From: Alphaproteobacteria bacterium MarineAlpha3_Bin6
GTDB lineage: Bacteria; Pseudomonadota; Alphaproteobacteria; Rhodospirillales; UBA2165
DNA: 63,087 bases
Direction: 5' to 3'
Assembly (NCBI GenBank): GCA_002938035.1
Contig: PTLH01000001.1
Location: 1 to 63,087 of the forward strand
Shown here piece after piece: positions 56,932-63,087 of the stretch. The notes below the pieces were generated by a model. The model made no database searches and was not told the DNA's origin. It saw only the letters and a list, made by a program, of their open reading frames with translations. How positions within the stretch are numbered: position 1 is the first letter of the stretch; each line of letters opens with the position of its first letter. Both the position numbers and the translations under genes were made by a program.

Positions 56932-57516
56932 ATGGCGAAGCGTAATGTCGCCGCAAATTACAAGGTTCCTAGGAAGGTGACGCGCAAGTCGCTGGAAAAT
57001 TCAGCTTTCTATTACCTTAGGCGCTATTCCTCCTCCAGTGAAAATTTGCGACGTATACTTTTTAAGCGAGCCAAACGTTCTGCCCAATACCATGGAACAG
57101 ACGTCTCCGCGGGGCAGCTTTGGGTAAACGAAATTATTGAGAAGTTTTTGGCTAATAAACTTCTTGATGACATCCGGTATGCCGAGACGAAGTGCTTAAG
57201 TGTCCATAGGAAGGGAGGGTCGAAACAAACCATTAGAAAAAAGCTGCAAGAAAAGGGCATCGCGCCAGATATCATTGAGCAGACATTTACCTTGCTTGAC
57301 CAGTATTCCATTGACCCTGAACTAATTGCCGCTGCGATTACTGCTCGACGCCGGAGGTTAGGTCCCTACCGTTCCCGCGGTCACCGTAATAACTTCAGAG
57401 AGAGGGATCTAGCTTCCCTAGCAAGGGCAGGTTTTAATTACTCTATAGCAAGCTGGGTAATTGATGTTGAGACTATCGATCACTTGGAGAAAGACGTTGG
57501 GTTTACTAATTGGTGA
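56932..57516 (+). CDS. recX: RecX-like regulatory protein
   Basis: About 194 aa, basic, all-helical repeat pattern. A..YL.R...S...L...L...G. The ATG at 56932 is preferred over the TTG at 56911. Confidence 0.6.
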   Translation: MAKRNVAANYKVPRKVTRKSLENSAFYYLRRYSSSSENLRRILFKRAKRSAQYHGTDVSAGQLWVNEIIEKFLANKLLDDIRYAETKCLSVHRKGGSKQTIRKKLQEKGIAPDIIEQTFTLLDQYSIDPELIAAAITARRRRLGPYRSRGHRNNFRERDLASLARAGFNYSIASWVIDVETIDHLEKDVGFTNW

Positions 57517-57585
57517 AGAAAAATTTGCCTGCCCAATCTGCCAATGATATCGATATAGTTAATTACTATCATATGTTTAAAAGAA

Positions 57586-58746
57586 TTGGATGATGTTCAA
57601 AGTATCATGCAGAATTTAGTAGAGTTATTTGCAAGGGTCTGGAATGGAACCTTTGCAGGAATTTCCGTTGGACAGCTCGTAGTTGCGGTTGTTGTTCTTT
57701 TAGTATTTTTACTTTTGAGGCGTTTCTTTGCCAGGTTTATTATTACCCGCCTGAAAGCTCTGACTAGCAAAACAAAGACGGATATAGATGATCATATTTT
57801 GGCGGCATTGCAGCAGCCGCTGATGTTCCTATTTCTAATTTTAGGATTATCATTTGTTATTCAATGGTTTCCTTTTGAACCAAGTATAGAAAAGGTACTC
57901 GTTCAAATACTCCAATCCTTTGTAGCGTTCACTATCTTCTGGACCATTTTTAGCATTCTAGATCCTGTTTCGATTTTCTTTGATACATTTTTGAAGAAAA
58001 TTGCTGGTGCTGTAGCACATGAAGTAAAGGATTATTTGCTGAAGGCTTTGAAGGTCTTTGTTGTTGGATCAGGGATTGTGGCGGTACTTGCCCAATGGGG
58101 AATTGATCCTTGGCCTTATTTTGCAGGTATTGGTGTTCTCTCTCTTCCATTTGCGTTCGCAGCTAAAGATGCTGTGTCTAATGTATTTGGCGGTATTAAA
58201 CTGTTAATTGTAGATCAGACCTTTCGGGTAGGAGACTGGATTGAATCGCCGTCTATTGGCCATGGAATAGTTGAGGTTGTTACTCTCTCGACGGTAAAGG
58301 TCAGAAAATTTTCCAAGGCAGTACAAACCATTCCTAATGGAGTAATAGCGGCAGAGCCAATTATCAATTGGTCGCGAATGACTAATCGCAGGATCAAAAT
58401 GGATATTGGGCTGACTTATGGCACTACGTCTGATCAGTTTAAAAATATTCTCGGAGACATAAGAGACTTGATTGCTAGTGACCATCGTGTTGACCATGAA
58501 GTGACCCAGATGGTGCACTTAGTTGGGTTTAAACAGTCTTCCATAGACATCAACCTGTATTATTTTACCAAGACGACTGATTGGGAAGAATGGAGGTCGA
58601 CGGTTGAGGATCACATTCTGAGTTTTGTTAAAATCATTGAGAAGGCAGGTGCAAGCATGGCATTCCCCACACAGTCTATTCATGTAGAGGGATTGCCAGA
58701 GGGGTTTAATGTAACTGGGATTGTTGAAAAGAACGTCTCTCGATGA
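57586..58746 (+). CDS. mechanosensitive ion channel (MscS family)
   Basis: 386 aa. N-terminal TM segments, then FRVGDWIE...G.V..V.L..V.VR......V.IPN, the MscS beta-domain signature. Confidence 0.85.
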   Translation: MDDVQSIMQNLVELFARVWNGTFAGISVGQLVVAVVVLLVFLLLRRFFARFIITRLKALTSKTKTDIDDHILAALQQPLMFLFLILGLSFVIQWFPFEPSIEKVLVQILQSFVAFTIFWTIFSILDPVSIFFDTFLKKIAGAVAHEVKDYLLKALKVFVVGSGIVAVLAQWGIDPWPYFAGIGVLSLPFAFAAKDAVSNVFGGIKLLIVDQTFRVGDWIESPSIGHGIVEVVTLSTVKVRKFSKAVQTIPNGVIAAEPIINWSRMTNRRIKMDIGLTYGTTSDQFKNILGDIRDLIASDHRVDHEVTQMVHLVGFKQSSIDINLYYFTKTTDWEEWRSTVEDHILSFVKIIEKAGASMAFPTQSIHVEGLPEGFNVTGIVEKNVSR

Positions 58747-59138
58747 AAGTCTCCTCAGTGAAGGTTGATATTGCACCCGCTGAATTGATAGACAAGATTA
58801 CCATTCTTTCAATTAAGTCGGAGAGAATCGACGATGTGGCAAAACGGAAGAATGTCCAATCGGAACTAGACATTTTGACGGCTACCCGCGATCAAGTGAT
58901 ACAACCTTCAGCTTCTCTGAATGATCTGACGTTAAAGCTGAAAGACGTCAACGAAAGGCTCTGGGTTATTGAAGACGATATTAGAAGTTGCGAGGCAACT
59001 GAGGAGTTTGGATCCCAATTCATTGAGCTCGCACGCGCTGTATACCGACAGAATGATGAGCGAGCTCGTTTAAAACGTGAGATTAACAACCTTTTAGGTT
59101 CAAAAATTATAGAGGAAAAGTCTTACAAGCCGTATTAA
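58743..59138 (+). CDS. small soluble helical protein (resembles the DUF6165 family from memory)
   Basis: 131 aa. ATGA overlap with the MscS stop. AELIDKITILSIK...LWVIEDDIR...LARAVY..ND.RA.LKREIN pattern. Family assignment not verified. Confidence 0.55.
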   Translation: MKVSSVKVDIAPAELIDKITILSIKSERIDDVAKRKNVQSELDILTATRDQVIQPSASLNDLTLKLKDVNERLWVIEDDIRSCEATEEFGSQFIELARAVYRQNDERARLKREINNLLGSKIIEEKSYKPY

Positions 59139-59413
59139 ATAAATTGAATTTATATTCAAATTAATAATCGGTGAAATTTATCCCAGACGCTTTAAGGTGT
59201 TTCAGGGTAAGTATTCCAATAGGGGGGATTACCCAACAGTATAACTAAAATACCATAAAAAATGCCTGGTGTGCGCTTCCAATTAATTGAGATGCAAAAC
59301 AAACCTGCATATTGCTGGCATATAACCGACACGGCTTAAATAACAGTAATATTTACCGAATTGAAACTTAATTCACGGTATATGGTTTAGTCTCCAGGAT
59401 ACCGCGCGACGAT

Positions 59414-61255
59414 ATGTTTGGCATTGAGTTACTCGGTGGAACAACTGTAAATATAGGAATTTTTTTGAGCGAAGTTGATTGTAAGTATCAGGATGGCATG
59501 GTCATTTTCAAAGAGGGTGAACCTGGCCACTCAGCCTTTGTGCTTGTATCTGGGCAAGTTGAAATTCTCAAGAAAACCACCAATGGACTAGTCCGCTTGG
59601 CAGTGATCTCGCCTGGCGAAGTGTTTGGCGAGATGGGTGTCGTTGATAGATCAAACAGAAGCGTCACAGCCAAGGCCGTCGGAGACGTTGTGGTAGAGGT
59701 CGTCGACCAACCAGGACTTTTATCTCCCTATCAAAATACTACGGATATCTCGCTCAACGTAACCGACATCGCTAAAACCCTTCGCCAATCTAATCAAATA
59801 TTAGTTTCTCCAGCGTCGAGGAAACTTTTGATTGATGGACAAAACAAGCCAAACATTTGGACACTAATTGGGGGTCTAATTGCTAAGCGGCGAAATAAAA
59901 ACAGGTTTCTAGAAATTCGTGTTATGCCGTTGCTAGGAGATGAAGACGGATCAAGCGTCTCACGTATTGCCAGCATTCTTGCAAATGAACCAGAAGTACG
60001 GGTAACAATTCTACCAGATGAATTTCTGGACAAGGATCCAGATACTGGGGGGTACAATCTCCAGTCAGTTAGCTCATTTGGGCATATATTATTACAGCGA
60101 GAGAAAGCCGACCTCCTAATTTTTGGGGAAGTTAATCCCATTTCCACAGTTCTTCTACTCCGGTTTTTATCCCGGAAAACTGAATCTGATCAGCCAGGCC
60201 GGTTTCTAGTCACTGACCATTTGTCACTTCCAAAAAATTTTAAACCGGAATATGACAAATTACTCTACGCCGTAGCTGTTGCGGCGATAGTGCCAAGGTC
60301 GGAGACTTATCGTCTTATGATGCATCCTTTGCTCGTAAATGGTCTTGAAGCGGCCCAGGAAGCTGGTAGCGAACCTCCCATGGAATTACCTTTAATTGAC
60401 CAGGCATCAATTCTTGTTTGTTACGGTCACATAGCGGCCAGTATTGGTAACCACTTGAGCGACAGAAATAGTTATCAAAGGGCTATTAATTCCTATCAGA
60501 GTGCGGTTGAAAATATTTCATCAGAGACGGATAAAATGGAGTGGGCTAATATTCATTATCACCTTGCCCATATTCGGCATGAATTGGGGGACAAAAACAG
60601 GGACAAGGAATTATTGGAAATCGCGCTTGAAAGTTATAATAGTGCTTTAGAATTTTACACTAGGGACCACTATCCTTGGGAGTGGGCACTGCTACAAAAT
60701 CGTATGGGAGGCCTGTTCTACCGCCTCGACTCGATTAATAGTGATACCGAAATACTAAAAATGGCAGTTACCGCATTCCAATCGTCCCTTAGGGTCATTA
60801 ATCGTAAGGTATTTCCAACAAAATGGGGTGAGGTTAAAAATAGCCTTGGCCAGGCTCTCCAGGTCTGGGGAGACGCTGTCAGAAATATTGAGCTTCTCGA
60901 GTTGGCGGTAAAATGTTGCCGGGAGGCGTTGGAAGTTCGAAGCCGAGAAGAAACCCCCCTATTTTGGGCAGCCACACAAAACAATTTGGGTTCGGCATTA
61001 TTCCTTCTCGGTCGTCAAACCAACAATGTCGAGCCGCTAGAAAACTCAACATTGGCTTTTGGTAAAGCGTTGTCAATTTACCATGTCTACGCTGCAACTC
61101 GCCTTAGAAAGGTAACTGAACGTAACTTTGCAAGAGTAGAAGAGCTATTAAATAAGATGAGATCGCGACGATTAACCAAAGTGGATTGGGACGACGAAGC
61201 CTCAGAAATGCGGGGTGACCAAGGGGATGGCGTAAACGAACATACGACGATGTAG
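59414..61255 (+). CDS. cyclic-nucleotide-binding domain protein with C-terminal TPR-like repeats
   Basis: 613 aa. N-terminal cNMP-binding beta-roll (FKEGEPG...GEVFGEMGV...RSVTAKA), a central alpha/beta-like segment, and four repeats of about 46 aa of the P..WA..QNNLG.AL type. Confidence 0.75.
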   Translation: MFGIELLGGTTVNIGIFLSEVDCKYQDGMVIFKEGEPGHSAFVLVSGQVEILKKTTNGLVRLAVISPGEVFGEMGVVDRSNRSVTAKAVGDVVVEVVDQPGLLSPYQNTTDISLNVTDIAKTLRQSNQILVSPASRKLLIDGQNKPNIWTLIGGLIAKRRNKNRFLEIRVMPLLGDEDGSSVSRIASILANEPEVRVTILPDEFLDKDPDTGGYNLQSVSSFGHILLQREKADLLIFGEVNPISTVLLLRFLSRKTESDQPGRFLVTDHLSLPKNFKPEYDKLLYAVAVAAIVPRSETYRLMMHPLLVNGLEAAQEAGSEPPMELPLIDQASILVCYGHIAASIGNHLSDRNSYQRAINSYQSAVENISSETDKMEWANIHYHLAHIRHELGDKNRDKELLEIALESYNSALEFYTRDHYPWEWALLQNRMGGLFYRLDSINSDTEILKMAVTAFQSSLRVINRKVFPTKWGEVKNSLGQALQVWGDAVRNIELLELAVKCCREALEVRSREETPLFWAATQNNLGSALFLLGRQTNNVEPLENSTLAFGKALSIYHVYAATRLRKVTERNFARVEELLNKMRSRRLTKVDWDDEASEMRGDQGDGVNEHTTM

Positions 61256-61416
61256 TTTAGTTTACGAAATAATCTTTCCAATTCTGTTCATATTATATGA
61301 AAAATGTTTAATAATCTAATGTTGACGCCTGGCTGCCATGCCGAAGCTAGGTTGTCTCGATTTTATTTTAACAGGACCGGTCACTTGTCGACAGTAAAGG
61401 AGTTATAAAGGTATAG

Positions 61417-61824
61417 ATGTCGGAACAAATGACAGTCCTTTTTGCGAATGAAGCCTACTATGCATCGTTTCAAAGTGGAGACTTTGAAACGATGGAGACA
61501 TTATGGGCGCGCTCGGTGACAGTTACCTGTATTCATCCTGGATCGCACCATCTAATGGGGTGGAACTTGGTTATGGAAAGTTGGAAATCAATCCTGACAA
61601 ATAGAGACCTTCCTGACATAGAAGCCGTTAACCCTGTTGCTAATATATATGGCGATATGGCGGTGGTTATTTGTTATGAAGTGTTTCGAGAAGTAACACT
61701 CATTGCAACCAATATTTTTGTTAAAGAAGATAATCAATGGAAAATCATGCATCACCAGGCGGGTGGTTCACCGAAGCCGCTAATGGAAGAACCTGGTTAT
61801 GAAGAAAGTAAAACCTTACAGTAA
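61417..61824 (+). CDS. NTF2-like / SnoaL-like (DUF4440-type) protein
   Basis: 135 aa. N..Y..F..GD...M..LW and a C-terminal W.I.HHQ pattern typical of NTF2-fold proteins. Confidence 0.65.
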   Translation: MSEQMTVLFANEAYYASFQSGDFETMETLWARSVTVTCIHPGSHHLMGWNLVMESWKSILTNRDLPDIEAVNPVANIYGDMAVVICYEVFREVTLIATNIFVKEDNQWKIMHHQAGGSPKPLMEEPGYEESKTLQ

Positions 61825-62005
61825 TAACCCGATAATACACCCAAGGGTTCTCCACATTAAACAAGCTACATATGAGCTAAACAGCCTTGTGGTTTAGTCC
61901 TCACGTTTGACCGGTGTCTTAACCGAGGAATCAAATTTTGGTAATGAATCGCTCACACAAGTCGTTTCCACCCGCGCCAGGAATGGTGAATTGGCGTCGG
62001 TCTGG

Positions 62006-62848
62006 TTAAGTGAGCCGAATATCCGCTAACGATTTGCTTTGCCCTAGAACAACATTGACTACTTCAGTTGTTCGGCCATCCGCAGTAATTTCTACAATAT
62101 AATCACCACTATTTTCGGCAAGGCGATCAAATTTAAAATCGCCATAAATATCAGTCATCTCTGCGGCGATTTCTTCCCCATCTTTTTTTAGAGACACCCT
62201 GGCGCCTTCCACGCAATCGACTATGTCATGCGTCTCTGCCGAGACGCTGCCAGCAATAAAACAATCCCTATAGCGATATAAATTTTTGTACCATACCCGC
62301 GGCTTCGTGCCGAATTCTGGATGTAAATACTCAAGTTCTAATTCATCCACCATTTTTTCCATCTCTGGTGGATCCACTTTGACAGCACGTATAGCCTCTG
62401 TGGCGCATACTTTATCTGCTCGAGGTGCGGACCATCCTTCGTCGATCAGGTGTGCGTCAAAGTTCCAATGCTGGGGTAATTCCTTTTCCTCATTCCACCA
62501 GATGGCTCCGTAGGGACAAGAATCTACGATCTGTCGCTGCCCCTTAGCTTTATCAGGGTCTATGATGACAATTCCGTCAGGTCGCTTGCTGATGGCGTCG
62601 TTCTCTGCCGCTTTTATACAGGGGGCATCATCGCAATGTTGGCACATAACGGGAAGGTAAGCCGCGTCTACGATTGGCGCTTGGCCGCGCACCTTTTGCT
62701 TAATATCGATCCACTTGTGGCCGTGCTTTGGCATTTCAGCGGCATAGCCTGGAAATTCGTTACCAACATATTCATCCTGAACAGCTAAGACGCAGAGATT
62801 ACAGTTGGTGCAATTGGCAACGTCAACGATGAGGTTCCATTGTTTCAT
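62006..62848 (-). CDS. 4Fe-4S dicluster subunit of a molybdopterin oxidoreductase (pyrogallol-transhydroxylase beta-subunit-like, with C-terminal Ig-like domain)
   Basis: 280 aa. Cys clusters CTNCNLC, CQHCDDAPC and CPYGAIWWN. C-terminal beta-sandwich segment GYIVEITADGRT. Confidence 0.8.
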   Translation of the reverse strand: MKQWNLIVDVANCTNCNLCVLAVQDEYVGNEFPGYAAEMPKHGHKWIDIKQKVRGQAPIVDAAYLPVMCQHCDDAPCIKAAENDAISKRPDGIVIIDPDKAKGQRQIVDSCPYGAIWWNEEKELPQHWNFDAHLIDEGWSAPRADKVCATEAIRAVKVDPPEMEKMVDELELEYLHPEFGTKPRVWYKNLYRYRDCFIAGSVSAETHDIVDCVEGARVSLKKDGEEIAAEMTDIYGDFKFDRLAENSGDYIVEITADGRTTEVVNVVLGQSKSLADIRLT

Positions 62849-62862
62849 GACCTATCCCTTTC

Positions 62863-63087
62863 TCACTCAGCAGCCATTGCGTATTGGTCGGGTGATCGGT
62901 CTATACTGACTTTTCCTTCTCGTTCCCATGGGGTCACGTCTACCAGAGCGGCACTCGAACCCATAGAATGACCTTTTTTTAATTGGGAGCGTGGTGGTGT
63001 AAGCTGGTTTAGACAGCCACCCCGATCAATTGAATGACCAGGTACACCTAAAGGATCATAAACTGCAGAAGACTCATAACCGTGTAG
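62863..63087 (-). CDS. C-terminal end of a molybdopterin oxidoreductase catalytic subunit (partial, 5' end outside the window)
   Basis: My own translation of the minus strand: [74 protein letters not shown]. Open to the window edge, with its stop 14 nt upstream of the Fe-S subunit start. Not in the ORF track because it has no start codon. Confidence 0.6.
   Translation of the reverse strand, partial: LHGYESSAVYDPLGVPGHSIDRGGCLNQLTPPRSQLKKGHSMGSSAALVDVTPWEREGKVSIDRSPDQYAMAAE

Noticed and set aside
1-63087. CRISPR arrays, rRNA genes, IS transposases, toxin-antitoxin pairs and known defence genes
   Set aside because: I scanned the intergenic regions and the ORF list by eye. I saw no regularly spaced direct repeats, no rRNA-like sequence, no DDE or serine recombinase genes, and no recognisable defence or TA modules.

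Overview
This 63-kb chromosomal window looks alphaproteobacterial, with moderately low GC and tightly packed genes. That reading rests on gene content and synteny: an aa3-type cytochrome c oxidase cluster, thrC next to an M16 peptidase, ctaB, argD-argF, folE, trkH and recX. I support about 60 protein genes, two tRNAs (Leu-CAA, Gly-CCC), one degenerate tRNA fragment and one clear intrinsic terminator.

Functional blocks, in order:
- 1-4.6 kb: an integrase, tRNA-Leu and an islet.
- 4.7-9.5 kb: a thiol-disulfide/quinone block (YqaA, DsbB, Coq7, DsbD-like).
- 10.4-20.9 kb: thrC, M16 peptidase, ctaB and coxBA-ctaG-coxC.
- 21.4-25.1 kb: a MacAB-type efflux system.
- 26.5-51.5 kb: a long accessory-looking catabolic region. 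It holds sugar/oxidoreductase genes with duplicated GFA genes, an LLM monooxygenase, an ABC importer, a CoA-ester pathway, and a TPP-enzyme/cyclase/hydrolase/enolase operon.
- 52.2-56.8 kb: argF-argD followed by three tandem ABC-2 permeases.
- 56.9-63.1 kb: recX, MscS, a cNMP-binding TPR protein, and the start of a molybdoenzyme operon cut by the window end.

The most unusual observation is a tyrosine recombinase gene (1096-2253) enclosed exactly, with zero spacer at both the start and stop codon, by a perfect 40-bp inverted repeat (1056-1095 / 2254-2293) next to tRNA-Leu. It may be a self-contained invertible cassette, a whole-mRNA 5'/3' UTR clamp, or a minimal mobile unit.

Other items worth a second look:
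- a heme-copper-oxidase subunit-I-like membrane protein that lacks the CuB His-His pair, lying between ctaB and coxB;
- a secreted protein with a roughly 300-aa alanine-rich low-complexity core;
- three tandem ABC-2 permease paralogs with no ATPase gene;
- a MacA adaptor carrying an LTxxQ-motif insertion.

I saw no CRISPR array, no rRNA and no classical defence genes. Everything here was read by eye. No similarity searches, folding or statistics were run, so family names are motif-based and start codons are approximate.
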